From Eledone cirrhosa (lineage: Eukaryota), in assembly GCA_964016885.1 (NCBI GenBank), contig OZ024749.1, positions 54,002,001-54,066,000 of the forward strand: DNA of 64,000 bases, given 5' to 3'. Shown here piece after piece: positions 11,480-24,710 of this stretch (its first letter is position 1; every line of letters starts with the position of its first letter). The position numbers and the translations under genes were made by a program. The notes beneath the pieces were generated by a model that saw nothing but the letters and a program-made list of their open reading frames with translations, ran no database searches and was not told the DNA's origin.

Positions 11480-11627
11480 TAATTGTTTCTACTTTTGGCA
11501 CAAGGCCAGCAATTACTCAGTACATTACTGGTACTTTATTTTATCGACTCCCGTATGGATGAAAGGCAAAGTTAACCTCGGCGGGGTTAGAACTCAGAAC
11601 GTAAAGGGCCGTAACTCTATGCGGCAA
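11480..11627 (-). mobile_element. SINE family A, 5' truncated
   Basis: ctggtactttattttatcgactcccgtatggatgaaaggcaaagttaacctcggcggg. Confidence 0.9.
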
Positions 11628-12258
11628 TAATAATAATAAGGGAAGTATTATCTGTCTGAGGTCCTTGTTGTGACTTGACAGATGACGGTATACCTTGGTG
11701 AATTATTCATCTGCACTACATGACAGAGTGACAACAATTACAGCAATAACAACAATATATAAATTGATAAGTATCGGAGATAAATTGAGATTGATTAGAA
11801 ATATAGGGCTGATGACATGAGGGAACAGTTAGAATTGAGAGAGAGAGAGAGAGATAGATAGAGAGAGAGAGAGAGATAGAGATAGAGAATCAAGAATACA
11901 AGAGATGAAGAATCTAAATGTTTCTAGTAGCAGAGACATAATCAAAGCAAGTTGCTATTGATTTTCTTCGAATTAGTACTTGTTGTAGCTTAAGGAAAGT
12001 TCTTAAGAGCTCTTAAAACTTTCAATCTATTTTAGGAAGTGACAGATTCAGGAATGAGTCCAAGAAAAAAGAGACTCAAACCACAAGAACCAAAAACCAA
12101 AAACCATTTCTTGATGGTTTAAACAATAAACAATAATTCTTCACCAGTTTTACCAGGAATATTTCACACAAGAGCAAATAACTGAGATATTTCCAAAGAT
12201 TGTGATAAGTAAATATGAGTGTAGCTTATAATGGTTAGTATTACTAATGTTGGGGGGC

Positions 12259-13000
12259 TAATGTTTATGATGGTGGTGGTGGTGGTGTGATGGTGGTGGT
12301 GGTGATGGTGGTGGTGGTGTGATGGTGGTGGTGGTGATGGTGGTGATGGTGGTGGTGGTGGTGGTGGTGGTGGTGGTGGTGGTGGTGATGGTGGTGTGAT
12401 GGTGGTGGTGGTGGTGGTGATGGTGGTGGTGGTGGTGGTGGTGGTGTGATGGTGGTGGTGGTGATGGTGGTGGTGGTGTGATGGTGTGATGGTGGTGGTG
12501 GTGGTGGTGTGATGGTGGTGGTGGTGTGATGGTGGTGGTGGTGATGGTGGTGGTGGTGTGGTGGTGGTGGTGGTGGTGATGATGGTGGTGGTGGTGGTGA
12601 TGGTGGTGGTGATGATGGTGTGATGGTGGTGGTGTGATGGTGGTGATGGTGGTGGTGGTGTGATGGTGGTGGTGGTGATGTGATGGTGGTGTGATGGTGG
12701 TGGTGGTGATTGTGGTGGTGGTGTGATGGTGGTGGTGTGGTGTGATGGTGGAGATGGTGATGACTACCACTGTCATCACTACCACCACCACCATCACTAA
12801 TGCTACCTCCAACACCACCACCACCACTGTCATCAACACCACCACAACCACCACCACCGCCAACACTTTCACCAACATCAACACCATCGCCACCAACACC
12901 CCACCGCTACTCCACCCCACCCTACCCCACCAACACCCCACCGCTACTCCACCCCACCCAACCCCCACCACCACTCCACCCAACCCCAACCCACACACTC
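12259..13000. repeat. (GGT)n tract switching to complementary (ACC)n tract near 12763
   Basis: Directly visible strand switch. Confidence 0.9.
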
Positions 13001-13269
13001 CCATTAGACAATTCTCATTAATAGAAATCCATAACTGTGAACTTAAAAAGCAAGAAATTTGTTTGTCTTGTCTAATTATTGAAGCTATTTCATTTTGTCT
13101 AAAGAAAGGGTATTTAGAAGTGAGGGGGGGGGGGTCTTAGTATATTTGTGTGGGTGTGGGGAGGATCTTAGTCTATTTGTGTGTGGGGGTGTCTTAATAT
13201 ATGTTTTATAATTCTCAGGGAACAAGTGCAAACACAGATTTTGCTATAATTATTATCAACTGGAGGGCA

Positions 13270-13572
13270 GGGGGAGGGGGAATTGGTAGAGCGTCGGACA
13301 ACATGTTTTGTGGTAGGTATATAGTTATGGCTCTTTATGTTCTGAGTTCAAATCCTGCCGAAGTTAGCTTTGCCTTTCATCCTTATATAGTCGACAACAT
13401 AAAGTACCAGTAATGTACTGAAGGTTATTTAATCAACTTTATCTCCCTCGCACAAAAAAACAAAACAAAAAAAAAAAAATTGTTGGTCTTGTGTCTAAAT
13501 CAGGAACCATTAAAATAAAGTACCAGTAATGTACTGGGATAATTGTTGTGCCAAAAGTAGAAACAATTATTA
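13270..13572 (+). mobile_element. SINE family A, older copy plus second tail
   Basis: ttctgagttcaaatcctgccgaagttagctttgcctttcatcctt...aaagtaccagtaatgtactg. Confidence 0.85.
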
Positions 13573-13863
13573 ATTAGTGTGGTGATAAAAAAAAAGAAAG
13601 AAAAAAGAAAAGGAAGGAACAACAACAGCAATAACAGCAATAGTAGCAACACAAACTAAAAACATAACAATAAACATAAAAAGCCTCTTTTGTTTTTGAA
13701 ACTTAAAAGACAAAAAACAACAACAAAAAACAGACCCACCCCCCTCCAAAAAAAATCAAAGCAAAAACAACCCCCAAAAACAAACAAAAAACCCTAATAT
13801 TTCTACAAAGGAAAATCATTGAAGTTATAAATTGATATTTTGTTTGAAATAACCTATTCTTCA

Positions 13864-14107
13864 ATACACAATATATATTATATACACAATATATATTATA
13901 TATACAATATATATTATATATACAATATATATTATATATACAATATATATTATATATACAATATATATTATATATACAATATATATTATATATACAATAT
14001 ATATTATATATACAATATATATTATATATACAATATATATTATATATACAATATATATTATATATACAATATATATTATATATACAGTATATATTATATA
14101 TACAGTA
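13864..14107. repeat. 18-bp minisatellite caatatatattatatata, about 13 copies
   Basis: Directly visible. Confidence 0.95.
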
Positions 14108-14195
14108 AACAACTCTAATAATTGTTGTACTCTGTTACAGGTGAGAAATAGATCAGTTTATATGTTTGTACCTTAACAAATGTTTGTAAACTAGA

Positions 14196-15527
14196 AACAA
14201 ATACTAACATATAGTAACAAATACTAACACTAACATATAGTAACATATACTACACTAACAAATAGTAACAAATACTAACACTAACAAATAGTAACATATA
14301 CTAACACTAACAAATAGTAACAAATACTAACACTAACAAATAGTAACATATACTAACACTAACAAATAGTAACAAATACTAACACTAACAAATAGTAACA
14401 TATACTAACACTAACAAATAGTAACAAATACTAACACTAACAAATAGTAACAAATACTAACACTAACATATAGTAACATATACTAACACTAACAAATAGT
14501 AACATATACTACACTAACATATAGTAACATATACTAACACTAACAAATAGTAACATATACTCACACTAACATATAGTAACATATACTAACACTAACAAAT
14601 AGTAACATATACTAACACTAACAAATAGTAACATATACTCACACTAACATATAGTAACATATACTAACACTAACAAATAGTAACATATACTAACACTAAC
14701 ATATAGTAACATATACTAACACTAACAAATAGTAACATATACTAACACTAACATATAGTAACATATACTACCACTAACAAATAGTAACATATACTAACAC
14801 TAACAAATAGTAACATATACTAACACTAACAAATAGTAACATATACTAACACTAACATATAGTAACATATACTAACACTAACAAATAGTAACATATACTA
14901 ACACTAACATATAGTAACATATACTAACACTAACAAATAGTAACATATACTAACACTAACAAATAGTAACATATACTAACACTAACATATAGTAACATAT
15001 ACTAACACTAACAAATAGTCACAAATACTAACACTAACATATAGTAACATATACTCACACTAACATATAGTAACATATACTCACACTAACAAATAGTAAC
15101 ATATACTAACACTAACAAATAGTAACATATACTAACACTAACAAATAGTAACATATACTAACACTAACAAATAGTAACATATACTAACACTAACAAATAG
15201 TAACATATACTAACACTAACATATAGTAACATATACTAACACTAACAAATAGTAACATATACTAACACTAACAAATAGTAACATATACTAACACTAACAA
15301 ATAGTAACATATACTAACACTAACAAATAGTAACATATACTAACACTAACAAATAGTAACATATACTAACACTAACAAATAGTAACATATACTAACACTA
15401 ACAAATAGTAACATATACTAACACTAACATATAGTAACATATACTAACACTAACAAATAGTAACATATACTAACACTAACAAATAGTAACATATACTAAC
15501 ACTAACATATAGTAACATATACTAACA
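14196..15527. repeat. 26-bp minisatellite tagtaacatatactaacactaacaaa, about 50 copies
   Basis: Period 26 (e.g. 14341 and 14367); homogeneous array. Confidence 0.95.
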
Positions 15528-15634
15528 GTACTAGATGGTAGGTAAATTGTAATCTTACATTTCAAAACAAATGAAATGTTTATTTTGTATTTTAAGTGAG
15601 GATGGTGGTGGGTGTTTTTGTTAGTTTTGTTTTT

Positions 15635-16940
15635 TGGGTGGTGGTGGTGGTAGAGGTGGTAGTGGTGGTAGATGTGGTAGTGGTGGTGGTGGTAGAGGTG
15701 GTAGATGTGGTAGTGGTGGTGGTGGTAGTGGTGGTAGATGTGGTAGTGGTGGTGGTGGTAGAGGTGGTACTGGTGGTGGTGGTGGTGGTAGGGTGGTGGT
15801 GGTAGTGGTGGTGGTGGTAGAAGTGATGGTAGTGGTGATGGTGGCAGAGGTGATGGTAGTGGTGGTGGTGGTAGAGGTGGTGATGGAAGAGGTAGTGGTA
15901 GTGGTGGTAGAGGTGGTGGTAGTGGTGGTGGTAGAGGTAGTGGTGGTGGTAGAGGTGGTGATGGAAGAGGTAGTGGTAGTGGTGGTAGAGGTGGTGGTAG
16001 AGGTGATGGTAGTGGTAGTGGTGGTAGAGGTGGTAGAGGTGATGGTAGTGGTAGTGGTGGTAGAGGTGATGGTAGTGGTGATGGTGGTAGAGGTGGTGGT
16101 AGAGGTGATGGTAGTGGTGATGGTGGTAGAGGTGGTGATGGAAGAGGTGATGGTAGTGGTGGTGGTGGTAGAGGTGGTGATGGAAGAGGTGATGGTAGTG
16201 GTGGTGGTGGTAGAGGTGGTGATGGAAGAGGTGATGGTAGTGGTGGTGGTGGTAGAGGTGGTGATGGAAGAGGTGATGGTAGTGGTGGTGGTGGTAGAGG
16301 TGGTGATGGAAGAGGTGATGGTAGTGGTGGTGGTGGTAGAGGTGATGGTAGTGGTGATGGTGGCAGAGGTGGTGGTAGTGGTGGTGGTGGTAGAGGCGGT
16401 GGTAGTGGTGGTGGTGGTAGTGGCAGAAGTGATGGTAGTGGTGATGGTGGTAGAGGTGGTGATGGAAGAGGTGGTGGTAGTGGTGGTGGTGGTAGAGGTG
16501 GTGATGGAAGAGGTGATGGTAGTGGTGGTGGTGGTAGAGGTGGTGATGGAAGAGGTGATGGTAGTGGTGGTGGTGGTAGAGGTGGTGATGGAAGAGGTGA
16601 TGGTAGTGGTGGTGGTGGTAGAGGTGATGGTAGTGGTGATGGTGGCAGAGGTGGTGGTAGTGGTGGTGGTGGTAGAGGCGGTGGTAGTGGTGGTGGTGGT
16701 AGTGGCAGAAGTGATGGTAGTGGTGATGGTGGTAGAGGTGGTGATGGAAGAGGTGGTGGTAGTGGTGGTGGTGGTAGAGGTGGTGATGGAAGAGGTAGTG
16801 GTAGTGGTGGTAGAGGTGGTGGTAGAGGTGATGGTAGTGGTGGTGGTGGTAGAGGTTGTGATGGAAGAGGTGATGTTAGTAGTAGCAGTAGTGGTGGTAG
16901 AGGTGATGGAAGAGGTGATGCTAGTAGTAGTAGTGGTGGT
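15635..16940. repeat. GGT-derived compound satellite with 42-bp subunits and a 282-bp higher-order duplication
   Basis: Rare variant gaggcggt at 16393 and 16675; repeated gaggtggtgatggaagaggtgatggtagtggtggtggtggta. Confidence 0.9.
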
Positions 16941-17324
16941 GAGAGTTGTTTTTTATATAGTTTAAGCGTTGTTTTCTCTTGTTTCAAACATTGATTCTCA
17001 TCTCAAATATGTTTTGACCAAATTTAATGTAAAACAAAAGAGAAAATATGGCAACTTTATTATTATTATTATTATTCTTTTCTAAATCACAGTTTGTGTA
17101 TATGTGTGTGTGTAGTGTGTGTGTGTAGTGTGTGTGTGTAGTGTGTGTGTGTAGTGTGTGTGTGTGGTGTGTGTGCATGGTGAATGTGTGGTGTGAGTGT
17201 GCATGGTGAATGTGTGTGTGTGTGGTGTGAGTGTGCATGCGTTAGTGCATATGTTTGCATTCATGAAATATTGTAGTAACGAGGTACATGTCAATAAAAC
17301 GAGGTATAAACAAAGACAATAATA

Positions 17325-17650
17325 ATAATTGCTTCTACTTTTAGCACAAGGCCAGCAATTATCGCAGTGTATGACTGGTACTTTTTTTATTTTATCGACC
17401 CCGTAAGGATGAAAGGTAAAGTTAACCTCGGCGGGATTTGAACTCAGACCGTAAAGGGACGTAACTATGCTGGAAAGCATGGCGTCCGACCCTCTACTGA
17501 TACTGCCAATCCACCGCCTTATAATAATAATAATATTTTCTGGTTTAGGTACAAGACCAACAATTTGGGGGAGGGGAAAGTCGATTGAATCGACCCCAGT
17601 GCATTACTGGTACTTTATTTTACCACTCACCACATAAGGATGAAAGGCAA
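17325..17650 (-). mobile_element. SINE family A: one full copy (17325-17519) plus a 3' fragment (17535-17650)
   Basis: Reverse complement of head, B box (atttgaactc) and Nin-like domain. Confidence 0.9.
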
Positions 17651-17654
17651 TAAC

Positions 17655-18430
17655 ACAATGTAGAATATAAGTGAACAAGAGGTGTAGTGGGATTTTAAAA
17701 ATTAACAGAAAGAGTAGAATTTGTATGTAATAGGTTTACAAAGATAGTTCATTGTAAAATCACCAGCAAAATAAATGTTTTCCAATCCCTAGAAGGCTCC
17801 ATAGAAGTACTTGTTAACCTTTGTTGTATAGGTGACCTAATTAGTATTGGTGGTGGTGATGGTGGTGGTGATGGTGGTGGTGATGGTGGTGGTGTGGTGA
17901 TGGTGGTGGTGTGGTGATGGTGGTGGTGTGGTGATGGTGGTGGTGTGGTGTGGGGGAAGGGGGCTTGTTCTGAGGGCACAATTGCTAAAAAAAAGAACAG
18001 GATGGAAAATGTTCTCTGTTGACAGTGAAAGGTTTCTTTCTAAAAAACGAAATGTCAGTTGTATGGTGCTTACTTGTGAAGTGTGACATGGTATGGTAGT
18101 GAGACATTGGATGTGAATGTAAAATATATATATATATGTAAAATGGAGAGAAATGAAGCTAGCATGCTTTGATTGATATGTGATAGTAATGTGAATAAAT
18201 GGCAAAGCATGGATGAACTGAATAATAGAAAAAAACCCCAAAAAACTAGGTATAATAGAAATCAGATGTAGTGTGCAAGAAAAAAGACTGCGCTGGTGTG
18301 GATATGTGATGCATATGGATGGTGATTATTGGGTGAAGAAATGCCAAAAAATCCTGGTGGAAGGTAGTGGCAGTAAAAGTAAAGTGGTTGATAAATGAAG
18401 GAGAGAAGACTCCTTAGACTTGCTGAGAAC
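17655..18430 (+). pseudogene. Decayed RTE-clade LINE, RT C-terminal half with PHD-like Cys motif
   Basis: VNKRCSGI..EFVCNR, EGSIEVLVNLCCIGDLISIGGG, RTGWKMF, WYGSETL, MERNEASML*, KLGIIEIRCSVQEKRLRWCGYVMHMDGDYWVKKC; the last matches the RTE RLRWxGHVxRM motif. Confidence 0.85.
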
Positions 18431-18454
18431 ATGACAACTTCCTTAGTGAGGGTG

Positions 18455-18665
18455 CCATGATAAAATGTACCCAGTACACACTGATAAATTGGTTGATGTT
18501 AAGAAGAACATCCAGCCATAGAAACCATACCAGAAATTTAATGTATAAGAGAGCTGTGGTTTACAACCTGTCTAGGAGAGCAATAACTCCAAATAAAAAT
18601 TTTACTTGGAGTCTGATGACCCATACCAGTTACATTGTGGTCATATAAGAATGACGATGATGAAA
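18455..18665 (+). mobile_element. SINE family B, decayed
   Basis: aaaatgtacccagtacac...ggttgatgttaagaagaacatccagccatagaaacc. Confidence 0.65.
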
Positions 18666-18962
18666 TATGAGAGGAATGTTGTCTATTAAGCAAGATATCC
18701 ACTGTAAAAGTATTCTCTAGAAAGAAGGTATCCTATTAACTGTGCATTTATCAGATTTCATACGCAAATTGATTTATCATTGATTTTTATTATCGCCATA
18801 ATGAGTTTCTTTTATGAAATAAAATTAACAAAGAGTATTGGCCAGAGAAGAGATTTGATGTGAAGTGGCAAATGATTTCATATGGGAGTTATTAATATAA
18901 TATTAAGAGCAGGTATTGTACACTTAGAGAGAAAAGTGATGGATGAATAGTAAATATATATT

Positions 18963-19320
18963 GGAGAGAGAGAGAGAGAAGGAGAGAGAGAAGGAGAGAG
19001 AGAAGGAGAGAGAGGAGAGATAGAGAGATAGAGAGAGGAGAGATAGAGAGAGGAGAGATAGAGAGAGGAGAGATAGAGATAGACAGAGAGAAAGAGATAG
19101 AGATAGACAGAGAGAAAGAGACTGAGATAGAGAGAGACATATATATATATATAGAGAGAGAGAAGAGAAAGAGAGGTGAGATAGAGACAGGGGAGACAGA
19201 GAGAGGAGAGAAAGTGAGAGGAGAGAGACAGAAATATATATATATATATATATGTATATGTAGAAAGAAGAGAAAGAAGAGAGTGAGGGAGAGAGAGAAG
19301 AGAGAGGGAAAAAGAGAAGA
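18963..19320. repeat. (GA)n-rich polypurine tract
   Basis: Directly visible. Confidence 0.9.
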
Positions 19321-19544
19321 ATGTGTCCCAAGAATCTACTTCATCCTATTGATAAGATGTTTCATTATAAGTATTAGAAATATACTCCCACCCCACCCTT
19401 CCCCCTCCTTCCCACATCATCAATACACTTTAAATAGTGGATTTTTTTTATATACTGTTAACTTGTTGGTGTTTTTTAAATGATGTTATATAATAATAAT
19501 AATAAAAATCAAATATTTACAATTTACAACGTATGTATTTTTAT

Positions 19545-19890
19545 AGAGCTGGTGTCACAATAAAAGCACCCAGTACACTCTGTAAAGTGATAATGCTTGT
19601 CCCCAGTGTATTGTGCAAAGTAGTAAAGCTGATGTCACAATAATAGCACCAAGTACACTCTGTAAAGTGATAATGCTCGTCCCCAGTATATTGTGCAAAG
19701 TAGTAGAGCTGGTGTCACAATAAAAGCACCCAGTACACTCTGTAATGTGGTAATGCTGGTGCCATGAACAAATTGTCCCCTGTATATTGTGAAAAGTAGT
19801 AAAGCTGGTGTCACAATAATAACACCCAGTACACTGTATAAAGTGGTTGGCATTAGAAAGTAAATCTAGCCATAGAAAACATGCCAAAAT
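19545..19890 (+). mobile_element. SINE family B fragment with an 80-bp segment tandemly repeated
   Basis: gctg(g/a)tgtcacaataa..gcacc.agtacactctgtaa at 19548, 19628, 19708 and 19804, then aaagtggttggcattagaaag. Confidence 0.8.
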
Positions 19891-20769
19891 ATGGAATGTA
19901 TGAACAAGATGGTCACTTGAAGGAGTCTAGTCACAGAGTGTGATATCCAACCCGTCCCACTTTATCCAAGAGTTACTCTTTCTTATGCTCTTTCACCTTT
20001 ATACGTATATCTAGCATTGCTTTTCTGTTCCATCTCACGGCTGTAATTTATTTTAAAGTCTAATTCCTCCCCAGACATCATATATGAAGCAATTATCTCC
20101 CCCTCTTTCTACTCAACAGGTGTTACTAACTTTGAAAAACATTACACCCAAAGCAGTTATCTCTCCCTTTTTTCTCCTCAGAAGGTGTAACTAACTTTGA
20201 AAAAAACATTCCATCTGAAATGGTGACTTCCCTCTACCATCTTCTCAACTTTGAGAGATATTCTACCTAAAGCAGTGATCCCCCCTTGCCACTCTTCACC
20301 AAGCGTTATAAGCTTTCAAAGATATTTTGTTATGTCTGACATAAATAAAATATAAAATAACTCAGTTCTTATGTGCAAGAAGCTTATAATTATTATTTCC
20401 TTGATAAAAGTCTTGCCTGCAGATTAGAGTAAAGAGAGAGACAGACGCAGTTAAAAGATTAGCAACAGTTTAAAGAAATGATAGACTTGCATGGTCTTAT
20501 TTAAATATCTACTGATCTAGCAAACGAATAAGGAATTTATTAGATTCATAGTGGGAATAAAGATAATGTAGTATATTTGGTATACTATGAAATGAAGGGA
20601 AAGTTTTCTTCTGTGGTTGCTTTAAACTGATGACACACACCGACATTAAATATCTCTTGGTTATTTTCCATTTAATTCTGCAATCTGATTCATACAAAGA
20701 ATGTCTGTCTCTGTCGGTAATCTACCAATTCTAGCAACTATCATGATATTCACAGACATATGTAGCATA

Positions 20770-21195
20770 TCATCATCATCATCATCATCATCATTTAACA
20801 TGTTTTTCCCTGTTAGCAAGGGTTGCACAGGCCTACATAGGCCAAGTCAGTACTGAAGTGGGGCTACTGACTTCCCAGACGAGCCAAGGAGATCTGTATC
20901 CTGCTTATGTATGGTAAATATCGACTGCAGAGAAGTTGTGTCTTTTGACACAAACTGAAAGATTGTCCTAACGCCTTGTTTGACAAGCTTTCTATGGCTG
21001 GATATCCTTCCTAACACCAACCACTTTACAGAGTGTACAGTGTGTTGTTATCATGTATTTCACCAGCACTAAGGAGGGTGTCATATCGTAGACATAACTA
21101 AAGTATCTTCCCATCCTTTATAGCTAGATATATTTCCTAACACTAACCCCTTTACAATATTTACTGTATGCTTTTATTGTGAATTTCACCAGCTT
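20770..21195 (-). mobile_element. SINE family B, with partial duplicate
   Basis: (CAT)n tail; tttctatggctggatatccttcctaacaccaaccactttacagagtgtac. Confidence 0.8.
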
Positions 21196-22029
21196 TTTAT
21201 ATATATGTATATAAATAATATCCAATACCATTAGTGACTTCAGCAAAAGTTTCCTCTAAGATATTAACATACTTTACAGTGTATTACAAGATTACTGAAG
21301 CTGAGGAATATATCTACATATCAATGTTACTGATGCTCACTCAAATATGCAACACATGCACACTTGCAACATATGCACGCTTGCAACATATGCACGCTTG
21401 CACACATGTCTATATATGTGTGAAATGTTATTCATGCACCAATGTAATAATTCATTTAGCTGTAATATTACTTTGCTTCCAAACAGCTCTAAACAACAAC
21501 AACAACAATATTTCCATTATATAGTTTACCCAATGTCGGTGAGATTATTGGCTCTTCTTCATATGTAATATTGAGTTTAAATAAAACATCTCCACTGTAT
21601 ATATACTATATGTATGCAATGTTTACTATATATACATACTGTATATATATACTATATGTTTACTATATATATATCACATCTCCACTGTTTGTATACTGTA
21701 TGTAAACAATGTGTACTATATAAATACTGTGTATATACTATATCTCCACTGTATATATACTATATGTATGCAATGTTTACTATATACTATATGTTTACTG
21801 TATGTATACTATATCTCAACTGTTTGTTTACTGTATGTAAACAATGTGTACTGTATCTATACTATATATGCACGCTATATATACACTATATATACTATAT
21901 ATACTATATATACACTATATATATACACTATATCTACTGTATCTATACTATATATATATATACACTATATCTACTGTATCTATACTATAACCTGTTGACT
22001 ACTTCTAGAGACTTCTAGCTTCTGGAATT

Positions 22030-24112
22030 GCAGTGGTGTTGTTGGTGGTAGTGTTGGTGGTAGTGTTGGTAGTAGTGGTGTTGGAGGCTGTAGTGGTGTT
22101 GGGGGCAGTGGTGTTGGTGGCAGTGGTGGTGTTGGGGGCAGTGGTGGTGTTGGTAGTAGTGGTGTTGGTGGCAGTGGTGGTGTTGGGGGCAGTGGTGGTG
22201 TTGGAGGCAGTGGTGGTGTTGGTGGTAGTGGTGGTGTAGGCAGTGGTGGTGTTGGGGGCAGTGGTGGTGTTGGTGGTAGTGGTGGTGTAGGCAGTGGTGG
22301 TGTTGGGGGCAGTGGTGGTGTTGGTAGTAGTGGTGTTGGTGGCAGTGGTGGTGTTGGGGGCAGTGGTGGTGTTGGTAGTAGTGGTGTTGGGGGCAGTGGT
22401 GGTGTTGGGGGCAGTGGTGGTGTTGGTAGTAGTGGTGTTGGTGGCAGTGGTGGTGTTGGGGGCAGTGGTGGTGTTGGTAGTAGTGGTGTTGGTGGCAGTG
22501 GTGGTGTTGGGGGCAGTGGTGGTGTTGGTAGTAGTGGTGTTGGGGGCAGTGGTGGTGTTGGTAGTAGTGGTGTTGGTGGCAGTGGTGGTGTTGGGGGCAG
22601 TGGTGGTGTTGGTAGTAGTGGTGTTGGTGGCAGTGGTGGTGTTGGGGGCAGTGGTGGTGTTGGTAGTAGTGGTGTTGGGGGCAGTGGTGGTGTTGGGGGC
22701 AGTGGTGGTGTTGGTAGTAGTGGTGTTGGTGGCAGTGGTGGTGTTGGGGGCAGTGGTGGTGTTGGTAGTAGTGGTGTTGGTGGCAGTGGTGGTGTTGGGG
22801 GCAGTGGTGGTGTTGGTAGTAGTGGTGTTGGGGGCAGTGGTGGTGTTGGGGGCAGTGGTGGTGTTGGTAGTAGTGGTGTTGGTGGCAGTGGTGGTGTTGG
22901 GGGCAGTGGTGGTGTTGGTAGTAGTGGTGTTGGTGGCAGTGGTGGTGTTGGGGGCAGTGGTGGTGTTGGTAGTAGTGGTGTTGGGGGCAGTGGTGGTGTT
23001 GGGGGCAGTGGTGGTGTTGGTAGTAGTGGTGTTGGTGGCAGTGGTGGTGTTGGGGGCAGTGGTGGTGTTGGTAGTAGTGGTGTTGGTGGCAGTGGTGGTG
23101 TTGGGGGCAGTGGTGGTGTTGGGGGCAGTGGTGGTGTTGGAGGCAGTGGTGGTGTTGGTGGTAGTGGTGGTGTAGGCAGTGGTGGTGTTGGGGGCAGTGG
23201 TGGTGTTGGAGGCAGTGGTGGTGTTGGTGGTAGTGGTGGTGTAGGCAGTGGTGGTGTTGGGGGCAGTGGTGGTGTTGGTGGTAGTGGTGGTGTAGGCAGT
23301 GGTGGTGTTGGGGGCAGTGGTGGTGTTGGTGGTAGTGGTGGTGTAGGCAGTGGTGGTGTAGGCAGTGGTGGTGTTGGAGGCAGTGGTGGTGTTGGTGGTA
23401 GTGGTGGTGTAGGCAGTGGTGGTGTTGGGGGCAGTGGTGGTGTTGGTGGTAGTGGTGGTGTAGGCAGTGGTGGTGTTGGGGGCAGTGGTGGTGTTGGTGG
23501 TAGTGGTGGTGTAGGCAGTGGTGGTGTTGGGGGCAGTGGTGGTGTTGGGGGCAGTGGTGGTGTTGGAGGCAGTGGTGGTGTTGGTGGCAGTGGTGGTGTT
23601 GGTGGCAGTGGTGGTGTTGGTGGCAGTGGTGGTGTTGGGGGCAGTGGTGGTGTTGGAGGCAGTGGTGGTGTTGGTGGCAGTGGTGGTGTTGGTGGCAGTG
23701 GTGGTGTTGGAGGCAGTGGTGGTGTTGGGGGCAGTGGTGGTGTTGGCGGCAGTGGTGGTGTTGGTGGCAGTGGTGGTGTTGGAGGCAGTGGTGGTGTTGG
23801 TGGCAGTGGTGGTGTTGGTGGCAGTGGTGGTGTTGGTGGCAGTGGTGGTGTTGGTGGCAGTGGTGGTGTTGGAGGCAGTGGTGGTGTTGGTGGCAGTGGT
23901 GGTGTTGGTGGCAGTGGTGGTGTTGGTGGCAGTGGTGGTGTTGGTGGCAGTGGTGGTGTTGGAGGCAGTGGTGGTGTTGGTGGCAGTGGTGGTGTTGGTG
24001 GCAGTGGTGGTGTTGGAGGCAGTGGTGGTGTTGGGGGCAGTGGTGGTGTTGGTGGCAGTGGTGGTGTTGGAGGCAGTGGTGGTGTTGGTGGCAGTGGTGG
24101 TGTTGGGGGCAG
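22030..24112. repeat. 2.1-kb G-rich minisatellite of 18-bp (ggcagtggtggtgttggN) and 15-bp variant units
   Basis: Directly visible; generates the spurious 730-aa His/Gln/Cys ORF. Confidence 0.95.
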
Positions 24113-24244
24113 TATTGCTGCAAGAATGAGTATATATTGACTTTATCAGAAATCAATGAATGTACAATAACGACTGCTGCTGCTGCCTTCCATTTATATG
24201 TGTTCAATAACCATCAAGAACTGACAGCTTAAGATGGATGGTTC

Positions 24245-24508
24245 TGACTGACGGACAGACAGACAGATGGACAGACAGACAGACAAGCAGACAGACAGAC
24301 AGACAGACAGACAGAGCGGCAGACAGACAGAGAGGAAGACAGGCAGGCAGACAGACAGACAGATGGACAGACAGACAGACAGAGAGGCAGGCAGACAGAC
24401 AGACAGATGGACAGACAGACAGACAGACAAGCAGACAGACAGAGAGGCAGAGAGACAGACAGACAGAGAGACAGACAGACAGACAGAGAGGCAGAGAGGC
24501 AGACAGAC

Positions 24509-24543
<35 letters not shown>

Positions 24544-24710
24544 TGGTGAGGCAGATGGCTTTGACTGATGGATGGATCAACTGACAGAGAGACAGATGGG
24601 AAAGGCAGACAGATGGCTTTGACAGACAGACATATGTATAGACAGACATACAGACAGACAGACATACATACAGACAGTCACACAGACATACAGACAGTCA
24701 GACAGACAGA
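24245..24710. repeat. (CAGA)n tetranucleotide repeat
   Basis: Directly visible. Confidence 0.95.

Noticed and set aside
14196-15527. Telomere-like repeat (ctaac motifs)
   Set aside because: The unit is a 26-mer without TTAGGG or TTAGG; ordinary minisatellite.
15476-16987. 503-aa Pro-rich and 443-aa Val-rich ORFs (extensin- or formin-like appearance)
   Set aside because: GGT-derived satellite with no flanking coding context.
22015-24207. 730-aa His/Gln/Cys ORF as a His-rich structural or metal-binding protein
   Set aside because: Coextensive with a minisatellite, no convincing signal peptide or exon context, and it lacks the Gly/His/Tyr motifs of known cephalopod beak proteins.
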